From Dehalococcoidia bacterium (lineage in GTDB: Bacteria; Chloroflexota; Dehalococcoidia; GIF9; AB-539-J10): a DNA stretch of 64,000 nt. Positions 8,338-18,639 of this stretch are shown here, in pieces; position 1 is the first letter of the stretch; each line of letters begins with the position of its first letter. The position numbers and the translations under genes were made by a program. The notes under the pieces were generated by a model, which searched no databases, was not told the origin of the DNA, and worked only from the letters and a program-made list of their open reading frames with translations. The stretch is from positions 1-64,000 of the forward strand of contig JAUWOR010000009.1 of NCBI GenBank assembly GCA_030612025.1, in the 5' to 3' direction.

Positions 8338-9179
8338 GACAAAGCGATTATGGGGAAGCGGAGGTTCAGGCTTGTTTGTCTGTATTGTTGGAGATAATGA
8401 CAGTCTTGGGTGAATTTCGAGAAAATGTTGTTATTGTGGGGGGAAACGTCCCTTCGCTTCTTATTCCGTCTGCTAGGGAGAAACACTTAGGTACGCTGGA
8501 TATAGACCTTGCCTTAGATTTTAAGCATATTTCGGATGATGCTTACAAGACAATTGTCAAAACCTTGAGCGCCAGAGGCTACTACCAGAAGGAAGGCACG
8601 CAACCCTTTGTCTTTCATAGAGATGTAGAGGATAAATTTAGAAACAAAATCACTGTGGAGATCGACTTGCTGGCTGGAGAATATGGTGGCACAGGGAAGG
8701 GACATCGCCACCAAAAAATACAGAACGCTCAAGCTAGGAAAGCTAGAGGGTGCGACCTTGTTTTCGATAGCGCGGTAAGAGTCAATCTAGCTGGCACTTT
8801 ACCAAGTGGTGGTCAAAACGAGGTAACCGTTAAAGTGCCTTCCATTGGACCTTTTCTGGTAATGAAAGGCATGACGCTCTGGGAACGGATGAAGGAAAAA
8901 GACGCCTATGACATCTATTACTGCTGCCGGAATTATCCTGGGGGTCTGACAGCCTTGGTGGAGGCGATAAGGCCGCTGGTAAGGAACAGACTGGCAAGGG
9001 AAGGCCTGGGAAAAATCAAAGCAAAATTTGCCATAGTTGCTGGAATAGGACCAACTTGGGTGGCAGACTTTCTAGAGATTGCAGATCCAGAGGAGGAGAG
9101 AGCCAGGATCCAGAGAGAAGCCTTCGAGCTAGTAAACGCCTTAATGGAGAAACTAGGTATCGAGCCCTTTTTAGAGTGA
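8331..9179 (+). CDS. Nucleotidyltransferase toxin, AbiEii-like
   Basis: VIVGG, GTLDIDL and KEKDAYDI motifs; overlaps the antitoxin. Confidence 0.85.
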   Translation: MVRQSDYGEAEVQACLSVLLEIMTVLGEFRENVVIVGGNVPSLLIPSAREKHLGTLDIDLALDFKHISDDAYKTIVKTLSARGYYQKEGTQPFVFHRDVEDKFRNKITVEIDLLAGEYGGTGKGHRHQKIQNAQARKARGCDLVFDSAVRVNLAGTLPSGGQNEVTVKVPSIGPFLVMKGMTLWERMKEKDAYDIYYCCRNYPGGLTALVEAIRPLVRNRLAREGLGKIKAKFAIVAGIGPTWVADFLEIADPEEERARIQREAFELVNALMEKLGIEPFLE

Positions 9180-9365
9180 CTTCTAGGTCACACCTATCCT
9201 TTCAGCCTGGGGCAGGTGGACTTGGCATAGCAGTGAATGTAGGCCGTTATGGTGAAGGTGGGAGAAAAGATTACTCAGATTACAGTCCTCTATATGTGTT
9301 CTCCGGAGTGATTAGTATTTGCTCAGGGTAACAAATCGTCATTTTGTTACAGCTTAGAAGAGGAC

Positions 9366-9547
9366 GATTAGCTAAATTGTGGCCTGTGCAATAAGACAGA
9401 CAACACCTCATCTTTTTTTGGTGTTTCACTGGAAATGTCCCCCTTTAATTGTCTGCCTTTTAATTAATCATCCCTAAAAGGTGGACATTGCCCACTCTGA
9501 CTTTTCTTAGCTCTTGGAGTTTTGCTTCTGCTGGGCGTTCCTCAACG
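9366..9547 (-). repeat. Composite gene-end repeat, copy 2 (radical SAM end plus downstream segment)
   Basis: Minus strand reads EERPAEAKLQELRKVRVGNVHLLG; shares TTTAATTGTCTGCCTTTTAATTAATCATC with the copy at 11.5 kb. Confidence 0.8.
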
Positions 9548-9789
9548 ATTATGCAACGGAGTATACTTCAAAATTATGACCTTTTATTGCGTGGAGGGTA
9601 AGCGCCAAGAGTTAGCAATGATTAGTATAAGGGCATGCTGCTATACATTTCGTCATTTTGTTCGTCTAGTTTGTTGTCATTATTTTCTTGCGTGCCATAA
9701 GCCTATTGACTTGCGAAAGTTTGGCTGGTAGACTTGTTTTAAAAGGGATAAATTTCTGGATTTCCGAAATGAATTGGAGGGAGGCAAAT

Positions 9790-10932
9790 ATGCCAAACAT
9801 TATGGTATCCCCATCTGCAGTTACGGTTGGACAGGCGTTAAAGCATGCCAGAGTGGCTATGGGCCTTACCTTGAAGCAAGTGAGTAAAAGTATGAGTATT
9901 GCCATGTCTACCATTTCGGAGATTGAAAGCGGTAAACGACGCATATCGGCAGTAGAGCTATATAGATTTGCAAAGTTGTATCAGCGCCCGATAAGTTTCT
10001 TTCTTGAAGAGAGCGAGACTAGTGCCTCCTTTGCAATTCTAATGCGTGCTGCAGGCACCGCCTCTGTTTCCAAGGAAACCATTATTAATTTCCATGAGCT
10101 GTGTAGAAGCTATCGAGATTTAAGAAAACTCGTCAGAGCACCAGTAATGCCAAGCCCGCCTGATTACTCGGCCTCCAGATTAACAACACTTGGCCAAGCT
10201 GAGGAGTTAGCAGAAGCTGAGCGAAGCTCTTTGGGACTCAATGGGCAGCCTATAAAGGACATTTGTGATTTACTAGAGGGGAAAAGGGGGGTCAAGATAT
10301 TTCATTTACTAGAGGATGCGGAAAGGTTCTCCGGTGCCTTTACATACGATGAACAACTAGGAGCTTGCTTCTTAATCAATTCGCACCATCCTAAACGGAG
10401 ACGGACATTCACAGTAGCGCATGAGTATGCCCACTGTGTTGCTCATCGAAATCAACTGGCCCACATTGATACTTGTCCTGCTTTCGAAATCAAAAATCCT
10501 CGTGAACGTTTTGCTAACGCCTTTGCCGCTGCCTTCCTGATGCCAAGACGTACCGTCAATGAGGTGTTAGGCCAATTGGTCTTCCCACAAAAATCTGCGC
10601 TAGCTGCCGAAGTTCTCGTTCATCTGGCCATGTATTTTGGCGTGAGTTTTGAAGCCATAGGCTGGCGATTGGTATCACTAAGGAGGTTAGCTCTTTCCAG
10701 ATGGGAGGAGCTTTTGAGCCAACAGGTGCCATCATCACCAACTGCCCGACTGCTCGGGTATTACAAGGAGGAAGAGCCGCCCGATACAGTTCCTCGCCAG
10801 TACAAATACCTGGCTTACAAAGCATATGGAATGAAGTTCATCTCTTTTGAGAAGCTAGCTGAACTTCTGCGGAGAAACTACTACGAGCTTAAGGAAGAGT
10901 TCGAGCAAGGAAGTCAGGAAGGCGATGAGTAA
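9790..10932 (+). CDS. XRE HTH fused to ImmA/IrrE metallopeptidase
   Basis: XRE motif ISEIESGKR; RRTFTVAHEYAH zinc motif; ERFANAFAAAFLMP; GGAGG RBS before ATG 9790. Confidence 0.9.
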   Translation: MPNIMVSPSAVTVGQALKHARVAMGLTLKQVSKSMSIAMSTISEIESGKRRISAVELYRFAKLYQRPISFFLEESETSASFAILMRAAGTASVSKETIINFHELCRSYRDLRKLVRAPVMPSPPDYSASRLTTLGQAEELAEAERSSLGLNGQPIKDICDLLEGKRGVKIFHLLEDAERFSGAFTYDEQLGACFLINSHHPKRRRTFTVAHEYAHCVAHRNQLAHIDTCPAFEIKNPRERFANAFAAAFLMPRRTVNEVLGQLVFPQKSALAAEVLVHLAMYFGVSFEAIGWRLVSLRRLALSRWEELLSQQVPSSPTARLLGYYKEEEPPDTVPRQYKYLAYKAYGMKFISFEKLAELLRRNYYELKEEFEQGSQEGDE

Positions 10933-11433
10933 ATGTCGCCTCTCAAGAAACCAATCGTGCTCGACAACGATGTAATCTCGAGGTTGTATAGTGCGGGTGC
11001 CTTGCGTCGAGCCTTAGAAGTTTGGCCAAAACTGAGTTTCCGTGTTACTGAACAAGTTATTGAGGAGGCTGGACAGTGGCACACCCAGGGACAAAGACTA
11101 GTAGCACTTCTGAAAGAGCTTGAGGCTAAAGGAATCCTTGCCTTCGTCTCTATCGATGAGACTTCTGAAGAAGAAATCTGGGCATATGCCAGGCTGCAAT
11201 TAGAAAGGAAACTGGGGCGAGGTGAATCTGCTTCGATTGCCATTGCCTGTCATCGGGGATTCGACATAGCAACAGACGACAGTGTCGCTGCAGATATATG
11301 TAAAGAGATGTATCCTTTTGTTTCTATCTTTGGCACTGGAACCCTGTTGAAGATGGCTGTTAAGGATGGTCTTATGACTCAGAATGAAGTCAATGCTATT
11401 CAATCTAAGATATATCGGGCAGGCAAGGCGTGA
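10933..11433 (+). CDS. PIN-domain protein (DUF3368/DUF4411-like)
   Basis: IVLDND, LGRGESASI and IATDD PIN motifs; abuts the ImmA stop. Confidence 0.8.
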   Translation: MSPLKKPIVLDNDVISRLYSAGALRRALEVWPKLSFRVTEQVIEEAGQWHTQGQRLVALLKELEAKGILAFVSIDETSEEEIWAYARLQLERKLGRGESASIAIACHRGFDIATDDSVAADICKEMYPFVSIFGTGTLLKMAVKDGLMTQNEVNAIQSKIYRAGKA

Positions 11434-11460
11434 TGTGTTGCTGGATAATACCCGCTGAAC

Positions 11461-11812
11461 AATCAGCCAAATTGCAGTCTGTGCAATAGGAGTGACAGCA
11501 TGTCATCGTTTTTTGGTGTTTCAGCGGGAATCACCTACTTTAATTGTCTGCCTTTTAATTAATCATCACCTGAAGATAAGTATTCCGCACCATGACCTTT
11601 CTTCGTCCTTGGGCCTCTGCCAGATATTCCTTTGCATGGCGCCCAGGATGGTAAGCAAATTGCTGCTTATGTTAGGGGGATTGTTTCGATGCCTTTGTTT
11701 GCCAGCGTCTCCACGATATAGCTTCGAGGGCGCCGACAGCTTAGCCGTTAGTCCTTAGTCGTTAGTCAATAGTCACGAAGTCAGAGGAGCTTGCTTATGC
11801 CGCGTTTGTAGA
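11461..11812 (-). repeat. Composite gene-end repeat, copy 3 (most complete)
   Basis: Minus strand reads VYKRGISKLL*, heptamers, DUF488 end YIVETLANKGIETIP, then RHAKEYLAEAQGRRKV. Confidence 0.85.
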
Positions 11813-11933
11813 CGGGGCTTCAGCTCACCACAATGACTTTATTGTATTCCGACACAGTGCTTTCAGGGAATGACGAATAGCAACAACAAAGGCAATGTTG
11901 TGCTGTTGTAGAAGTGCTACGAGGTCACCTATC

Positions 11934-12215
11934 TTACCCCAAGTCTTTTATTAACTCTTCTGCGGAGTCAAAAGTCTTGACCCGACCGGCCTTAATATCC
12001 TCACTAGCTTCTTTCTCCGCCTCCTGCCACTCTTTAGTCCAGAAGTAGGCTTGGCTCTTATCTACTAACTTCTTCGGAATTAGCACTGCCTTCTCATCTA
12101 TTATCTCAATCTCCACCAGGTCACCTTCCTCAACCCCAAGCTCCTTACGCACAGATGCGGGAAGGGTAATCTGTCCGTGCCTCGTGACCTTGCTATATGC
12201 TGGCATTCTCATCAC
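11934..12215 (-). CDS. AbrB/MazE-family antitoxin
   Basis: GQITLPASVRKELG; QAYFWTKEWQ tail. Confidence 0.88.
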   Translation of the reverse strand: MMRMPAYSKVTRHGQITLPASVRKELGVEEGDLVEIEIIDEKAVLIPKKLVDKSQAYFWTKEWQEAEKEASEDIKAGRVKTFDSAEELIKDLG

Positions 12216-12218
12216 CTT

Positions 12219-12479
12219 CTAAGGTCGCTCCAGTGTTTCATTATGATGCCCAATGTTACGCAAGATAACTGTATCACCCTCAATTCGGAAAGTCATTCTC
12301 AGTGAGCGACTTGCTCTGGCTTCCCAAAGACCTTCAGCCCCCTTTATCTTTTTTGCCCTGAGGGCAGGATACCGAATGTCCATTGCCAGGTTTCTGATTG
12401 CCTTCCGAGCGAGCATTTTTTCCTCTTCAGTTAGCTGTCCCCAGGCTTTCTTGAATCTAGCAGTCCGGGCAATCTTCAC
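12219..12479 (-). CDS. RelE/ParE-family toxin
   Basis: T.RFKK, YPALRAKKIKG, WEAR...RMTF, LRNIGHH. Confidence 0.85.
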   Translation of the reverse strand: MKIARTARFKKAWGQLTEEEKMLARKAIRNLAMDIRYPALRAKKIKGAEGLWEARASRSLRMTFRIEGDTVILRNIGHHNETLERP

Positions 12480-12572
12480 TGAAAACCTTCCCCATTCTGT
12501 CTGAAATTACTATATTACTAATCTACTTGGCTGTCAACCACTAGCCCAATGTTAGACACTGCCTCTCCTTAT

Positions 12573-12694
12573 CTTAGTCCTCGGGCCTTTCGCTGCTGCC
12601 AGGCATTCCTTGGCATGGCGTTTAGAGTAGCCAGCATCTTAGTCGTTAGTCCTGAAGTCAAAGGAGCTTGCTTGTGCCACGCTTGTAGAGGGGG
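12573..12694 (-). repeat. Composite gene-end repeat, copy 4 (internally deleted)
   Basis: Minus strand reads PLYKRGTSKLL*, then SKRHAKECLAAAK. Confidence 0.8.
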
Positions 12695-12700
12695 GCACCA

Positions 12701-15700
12701 TCACCTTGGTTCCCGCGTGGTTACCCCCAAGTGCCCTTCCCTCTCTGCTTTGCTGCAGAATCTGAGTATCTCAGCAAAGTTATTGACCCTGGTGAGGTTG
12801 TTGGTCTCCATAATCCCGTCATAGGTGACGTTGATCCACGGTTTTTGATATAGCGCGGTGAACTTCTCCGACATGGCGGCCACAATTCCACCGGGCATAC
12901 AGCCATGGGGCATCACCGATATCACACCGGCAAACCTGGGATTCTCCATGCAGTCGATTCCACTGCCTATGCTGAGGACTGCCTCGCTGCCGCATTTTGG
13001 TGAAAGCCAGCGGCTTGAAAATCCCAGCAGATGCGCCGTCGAGGGCTCTCTCTCATCAATCAAATCCATGAAGTGCTTTTCTACCGAGCGCTCTTCGTGC
13101 CCTTGTATCCGCTCCACTATATAACTGCCTATCATCTTGATGAACTTTCTATCCCTGATAGCATCCTCAACATGCCGGTATAAAATGTATTTCAGCCACT
13201 CACCCATAGGAGAAACAACAACTTCCAGACCGGCATCTTCGCACGCCTTTACCAAGTTATTGTTGCTGAATTTGTTGGACCGTAAGAAAATCTCGCCGTT
13301 AATACCCACCAGTGGCTTCCTGGGTATCTCAGGATCGATGAGAGATTTGAAGTCAGAGGTGGCCTGGCGCAGAAGGTCATTGAACGCTTCTTTCCTGCGA
13401 ATGCGGTCTGCAATCCTGCGTATGTAGTCCTCGAACAATATGTCTGTTGACCCCGCCTGTTTTTCATAAGGACGGGTGCGCCAGAGTAATTTGTATAAAC
13501 AATCCACCGCTATGCAGCCATTCCAGGCGAGGCGCATAAAAGCGAGGCGCCTAAAAGGGGAACCAAGATCCATATCTTGATAGGCATTGTTTGACACGCT
13601 GGTTCGCATCCCAAGGTCAATACCCATGTCTTTGAATATCCTGACCTGTTCTCCAGCATAATGCCCCAGGCGGCACGGGCCGTATGCTCCGGCCATAAAC
13701 GCCTCGAACTTCTTCATGTCGCTGCCATTATCATGATAGAATCTCAGAAAGCTGCCCAGGGTTACTCGATAGGGCAAACACTCGACACCCGATGTTACCT
13801 GATTGGCATACAGGAGGTCACGTTCGTTCGGCTCAGGAAGTACAAGTGCTCTAATTCCATAGGCTTCCATCGCCGCCCCTATAAGATCAACATGCGCTGA
13901 CATGTTGACTAACAGAAAAGTCTTGCTTGATTTAATGACCGTAGGCACTCCTCGGTAGATGTCTCCAGCTGAAACCTTAAGCTCTGTAGCAGAACGTGCA
14001 AATCCTTTAATCGTATCAACGAAGGCTTCCAGGCGGGTAACGATACCCGCTTCGGCGGCATGCTCGTCAATCTCCAGCTCTCCTAGAGGCTTGCCGCCCA
14101 TGATATCCTCCACCATTGGGAGTATGAATGAGTTCGGGCCGCATCCAAAGTTTGTCAGTGCCAATCCATATAGCTGTGGGTCTGCTGCTGTTATCACAGC
14201 AGCAGCAATATACTTGCTTTCATAGTGCCAGTATGGTCGATCCTGGTAATCCTTGGCATTCACTGTTTCAAGCGGCAGGAAGTCAAGCGGTATAGGCACC
14301 ACACCGAGCTGAGCAAGTTTCTCGGCTATGCCAAGGTTTGCTCCCGAATCCTGCGACACATAGGACCTGGCGAAGAGAACCACCCCCAGTTTGTCGCTCT
14401 GGTGCAGCTCCTCCAATAGCTTTTTGCCAAGTGCTGCTTGCTCTGCCTCGAAATCTTCCTGAGTTTTGATGCCAGCCAGGGCAGCCTTCTTGCTTTTGCT
14501 TTTGCTGAACCCCATCTTCACAGCAGCATCGGTAAGGTTCCTTATCACGTCCGCAGTGCCATGACTGAAATCAAGCGTGGGAATCAACAGCTGTTCCCCA
14601 AGGTTAACCATCTGACGTATTATGTACGGCGCTGCCTGTACCAGAGGACAGGAGTATTTCTGATTCTCATCCCCATCCATCTCACCCAGTCGGATAGCTG
14701 AGGGATAGAGAATATAATCAACGTCATCAAGCATTGCGGCATGACCATGGAGAAGCTTGAGTGGAAAACAACTGTCAGTATAGCTTAGCTCGACTGCCTT
14801 CCCGATGATTTCAGCGGTAGACTTGCTGGTAAGGACACATCTGGCATTGAGTGCGTTGAGAAAACCGATAAGCAGTGGAGCAAAGTCATACATCAGCAGC
14901 GCCCTGGGAATCCCCACCAAGGGCCCTGTACCGGAATCTGGCTTATACTCCCCAAAGAGCAATTTTTCCCGCTCGTCAAAGAAGGTTTCTTGCTTTGCCT
15001 GGCCGGCGGCGGCATCGTAGCGGTCGCACCTGCTGCCATAGTAGGTGGCTTTCTCACCTGGCATCTGCATTCGGGTAATAGTGCAATTGTTGTCGCATCC
15101 TTTGCAGGTGAATGTGGAAAGGGTTACTTCACTGTCGACAACCTTTTGGAATCCCTTAAACTTCGATTCCCGACCTGCCATTTCTTCTTCGGCCAGAAGC
15201 GCTGCACCTATTGCCCCACTTATTTCTTTGTGCTCCGGTACGGTTAGCGTTTTCCCTTCAAGTTCCCGGTGAAATGCCGACTCAACCGCCTTGTTATAAA
15301 ATACCGCTCCGGTGAGGATAACCTTGTCGCCCAGCCTTCTGTTGCCCACCACTTTGGAGAGATAATTCTTGGCTATGCCGATGGCAAGGCTGGATGTGAT
15401 TACTTCCAGTGGCACGCCCTGTTGCTGGGCTGAAGCTACTGCCTGACCCATAAAGGCGGCACACCTTGTTCCCAGGTCAATGGTATAGGGCGCTGCGAAG
15501 GCGAGATTGGCGAACTGACCATCGGTTACGGAAACACCGAGCATTTCAGCCAGTTCATCAATGAAGCTTCCCGTTCCAGCAGCGCAGGCTTTGTTCATCT
15601 GGTAGTCAACGACAACGCTATTTCTCTTGATGACAAGCTTGGAGTCCTGGCCCCCAATCTCAATGATATCTGCCTCAGGGTCCAGCTCTACACCAGCTCT

Positions 15701-16888
15701 CGTCTGTGCTGAGATCTCGTTCTTAATCAGGTCTGCCCCAATGAAGCCGCCAATCAGGTATCTACCGGAACCTGTGACACCCACGCCGGCTATCTTGGCC
15801 TTGTCCCCGCCATACCGAAGCAAGTTCCTGAAAACTTCCTTGATGGCATCAACGGGCCTACCAGCAGTCATTAGATAGTGTTTTGCCAGGACCTTTCCCT
15901 TTTCATCAACTATCACCGCCTTGGTGCTGGTAGAGCCAACATCCACCCCAAGATAGCCAGTGCACTCGCTCTCTATCTTTTGAACTGCCTGGATATCCTC
16001 AGCGGCAACAAAATCTAGCCTGGGCATTTCAAAATAGCGTTGCTTCACGTCGGCTTCTGACAGTGCAACACTTTGCGAAGTTTTCCCAATTGAAAGTAAT
16101 GCCGAGCCCAGTGCTTCGAAGTAAAGGTAGTCATCCGGGACAATTACCTCCACTTGATGCTTATTCCTTGCCGAGAGCATCTCGTTGAGAGCTTTTGCTA
16201 TAGCCTTATTGGCAGCAACGCCACCAACAAAGTACACCGGCTCAACAAAAGTGCCTTTTTTGAGAGAGCCAACCATACGAGCAACACTCTCACACAGGGC
16301 ATAAAGCATCGGCTCAACTGTTACCCCCTTCTGCTGGAGATGGATGAGGTCGGTTTTGGCAAAGACACTGCATCTAGCAGCTATCCTCGGTGGGGCGCCT
16401 TCACATTGCAGCGCCAGGCTGGCAAAGTCCTCCATGCCGATGTCGAGGCGGTATGCCTGCTGCTCGAGAAACCTTCCCGTGCCGGCAGCACAAAGGGGGT
16501 TAGATACCACCTTCCATGGCTTTCGCAACCCGTCTTCTAGCTCTATTACCAGCGAACTCTGTCCGCCAATCTGTATGATAGTTTTGACATCAGGATAGAA
16601 ATGAAGCAGTCCAGCAGCAATCGCCAGTGGGCTGCTGTACTCTGCCCATTCGAGCTCTTTGGGAATCGCTGTCTTACCCGAACCCGATACGCCAGTGGCG
16701 ACAATCTGGTCAAGATTGAACCCCTGGCCTAACCTGGCGATAAGTGTAGAGACCGCCGCTCTGGGGCCCGTGCTTATCTTCTCGGTATCAAGCTGAACAA
16801 TATTTCCGCTTTCGCCGATAAGCGACAGCTTAACGTTGCCAGAGCCGATATCTACGCCCAGAAAGTAACTCATTTGTGCCGGGACCAT
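12701..16888 (-). CDS. Acyl-CoA dehydratase activase fusion (two BadF/BcrAD ATPase domains plus DUF2229)
   Basis: GVDIGS and GVDVGSTSTK; two CAAGTG motifs; RCSVFAKTD; CGPNSF; EIDEHAAEAG. Confidence 0.92.
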   Translation of the reverse strand: MVPAQMSYFLGVDIGSGNVKLSLIGESGNIVQLDTEKISTGPRAAVSTLIARLGQGFNLDQIVATGVSGSGKTAIPKELEWAEYSSPLAIAAGLLHFYPDVKTIIQIGGQSSLVIELEDGLRKPWKVVSNPLCAAGTGRFLEQQAYRLDIGMEDFASLALQCEGAPPRIAARCSVFAKTDLIHLQQKGVTVEPMLYALCESVARMVGSLKKGTFVEPVYFVGGVAANKAIAKALNEMLSARNKHQVEVIVPDDYLYFEALGSALLSIGKTSQSVALSEADVKQRYFEMPRLDFVAAEDIQAVQKIESECTGYLGVDVGSTSTKAVIVDEKGKVLAKHYLMTAGRPVDAIKEVFRNLLRYGGDKAKIAGVGVTGSGRYLIGGFIGADLIKNEISAQTRAGVELDPEADIIEIGGQDSKLVIKRNSVVVDYQMNKACAAGTGSFIDELAEMLGVSVTDGQFANLAFAAPYTIDLGTRCAAFMGQAVASAQQQGVPLEVITSSLAIGIAKNYLSKVVGNRRLGDKVILTGAVFYNKAVESAFHRELEGKTLTVPEHKEISGAIGAALLAEEEMAGRESKFKGFQKVVDSEVTLSTFTCKGCDNNCTITRMQMPGEKATYYGSRCDRYDAAAGQAKQETFFDEREKLLFGEYKPDSGTGPLVGIPRALLMYDFAPLLIGFLNALNARCVLTSKSTAEIIGKAVELSYTDSCFPLKLLHGHAAMLDDVDYILYPSAIRLGEMDGDENQKYSCPLVQAAPYIIRQMVNLGEQLLIPTLDFSHGTADVIRNLTDAAVKMGFSKSKSKKAALAGIKTQEDFEAEQAALGKKLLEELHQSDKLGVVLFARSYVSQDSGANLGIAEKLAQLGVVPIPLDFLPLETVNAKDYQDRPYWHYESKYIAAAVITAADPQLYGLALTNFGCGPNSFILPMVEDIMGGKPLGELEIDEHAAEAGIVTRLEAFVDTIKGFARSATELKVSAGDIYRGVPTVIKSSKTFLLVNMSAHVDLIGAAMEAYGIRALVLPEPNERDLLYANQVTSGVECLPYRVTLGSFLRFYHDNGSDMKKFEAFMAGAYGPCRLGHYAGEQVRIFKDMGIDLGMRTSVSNNAYQDMDLGSPFRRLAFMRLAWNGCIAVDCLYKLLWRTRPYEKQAGSTDILFEDYIRRIADRIRRKEAFNDLLRQATSDFKSLIDPEIPRKPLVGINGEIFLRSNKFSNNNLVKACEDAGLEVVVSPMGEWLKYILYRHVEDAIRDRKFIKMIGSYIVERIQGHEERSVEKHFMDLIDEREPSTAHLLGFSSRWLSPKCGSEAVLSIGSGIDCMENPRFAGVISVMPHGCMPGGIVAAMSEKFTALYQKPWINVTYDGIMETNNLTRVNNFAEILRFCSKAEREGHLGVTTREPR

Positions 16889-17190
16889 TCTACCAAGAAA
16901 TGGGTTTTCTTGAAAGCCCCCACCTGGAAACCTTGAGGAAAAAATGCACGTTCTCAGTCTTTACCCCCCTGGTGCCTTTGCCATTCAGAATGCAACAGTT
17001 TATAATCTGGCATCAACTAGGTGGCAAAATCTAAGTTGGTGGTCTCTGAGCGGCCACCCAGATCCAGATACAGTCGGTTTTCGTTACTGCCTTACAGCAG
17101 GTAGCTGTCCAAGGAGCCAGGCTTCCAAACATCACTGGATCGCCCACGCACTAATATATGCTACCTGGATTTAACTAATGGCGTGCTGAA

Positions 17191-18399
17191 ATGTTGAACC
17201 CATCCCTAGCTTTGCTGGCATCCATCGCCGGAATTCTGATTCTCCTGAGGCTAAGGCTTCACCCAGGCTTAGCCATTTTCGTAGGAAGTCTCATCCTTTC
17301 CCTGCTGGTCCTGCCACCACATTCCGTGCCAGACCTTATGATGCGGACTTTGTTGGATCACCAGACCCTTAAACTGCTGGCGATCGTTGCCAGTGCCCTG
17401 ACCTTGAGTCGCCTGATGGATGTCAAAGGTTTGCTGGCAAGCCTGGCAGCCACAATGGAGAGAATAGGCCCCAGGCTCGCTATGCATCTTGTGCCTGCTG
17501 TAATAGGGCTGGTTCCTATGCCGGCTGGAGCTTTAGTTTCGGCTGCCGCTTTGCGGGATTTAGTTAAAAGAATGGGCTTAACCCCAGAACAGGCCACGTT
17601 CATAAATTACTGGTTCAGACACTTGTGGGAATATTCCTTGCCGGTATATCCGGCCATCATAACAACAAGCGTAATACTGTCGGTCCAACTTTCTTCCGTG
17701 GTGATAACCCTTTTGCCCATGACTGCTTTGGCCATTGCACTTGGAACCATCTCGAGTTACCGGATGCTTAAGCCAAATAAGAGCCGGGAAACAAAAGAGA
17801 GGATGTCAAAGAATATAGCTTACAACCTTTTGAGAGCCTCTTGGCCAATCCTTTTACTCGTGGCGCTAGTTTTGCTGGGCCTGGATGCAGTGATAGCCTT
17901 TCCTCTTGTATTGGCCCTTTTGGCTTGCCAACAAAGAGCTAAATGGCCGGAATTGAAGAAAGCACTCAAATATGGCTTGGACCCAAAAATCCTGTTCTTG
18001 TTATATGCCATAATGCTATATAAGGCAACAATAGAAGGCTCTGGGGCTGCCTACACACTCTTTTCAGATATGCAAAACATAGGGCTGCCCGCCCTAACCG
18101 TCTTGGCAGCCCTGCCCTTCCTGATGGGCTTTGCCACCGGGATTGGCATGGGATTTGTCGGCATTAGCCTTCCGCTATTGGTTCCTTTCTTAACCCTCGG
18201 CTCAGAGGTCAACAGCTATGCTCTACTGCTGGCCTACACAAGTGGATACGTGGGGGTTCTTTTCTCGCCTGTCCACCTTTGCCTTACACTTTCGGCTGAG
18301 TACTTTAAAGCTAGCTTAGCTAAGGTATATAGGTACATTCTGCCTCCTCTCATAGCGATAGAAGCCGTTGCAGTACTCATCTACTACATAGCAGCCTAA
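17191..18399 (+). CDS. DUF401-family membrane protein
   Basis: Multi-TM; GLVPMPAGALVSA, NYWFRHLWEY and SPVHLC motifs. Confidence 0.85.
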   Translation: MLNPSLALLASIAGILILLRLRLHPGLAIFVGSLILSLLVLPPHSVPDLMMRTLLDHQTLKLLAIVASALTLSRLMDVKGLLASLAATMERIGPRLAMHLVPAVIGLVPMPAGALVSAAALRDLVKRMGLTPEQATFINYWFRHLWEYSLPVYPAIITTSVILSVQLSSVVITLLPMTALAIALGTISSYRMLKPNKSRETKERMSKNIAYNLLRASWPILLLVALVLLGLDAVIAFPLVLALLACQQRAKWPELKKALKYGLDPKILFLLYAIMLYKATIEGSGAAYTLFSDMQNIGLPALTVLAALPFLMGFATGIGMGFVGISLPLLVPFLTLGSEVNSYALLLAYTSGYVGVLFSPVHLCLTLSAEYFKASLAKVYRYILPPLIAIEAVAVLIYYIAA

Positions 18400-18639
18400 C
18401 AACTCAGGCCTTCATGATGCCCCAATTCAGCTGTTTCCTCAGGTTGCCTGAATCAGTTTAGCCCTCTAAGCAAAAGACTAACATTCTTCAACCCCCCTTG
18501 CTACTTCCAACCCGACAGTCTATAGTCTTAAACCAATAAGGTGGTAAAGTCCCAATTGGTCGCCACTCGGAGACCACCCAGATCCAGACAAGGATTCACA
18601 GACCCAAGCATGAAAAAACATGAGTAAGGAGGCAATAAA

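Noticed and set aside
9688-9789. Longer N-terminus of the ImmA protein
   Set aside because: The RBS precedes ATG 9790; the upstream part looks like promoter sequence.
11492-12824. ORFs 11492..11758 and 12549..12824 (+)
   Set aside because: Antisense readings of the composite repeat; their mutual similarity comes from the repeat.
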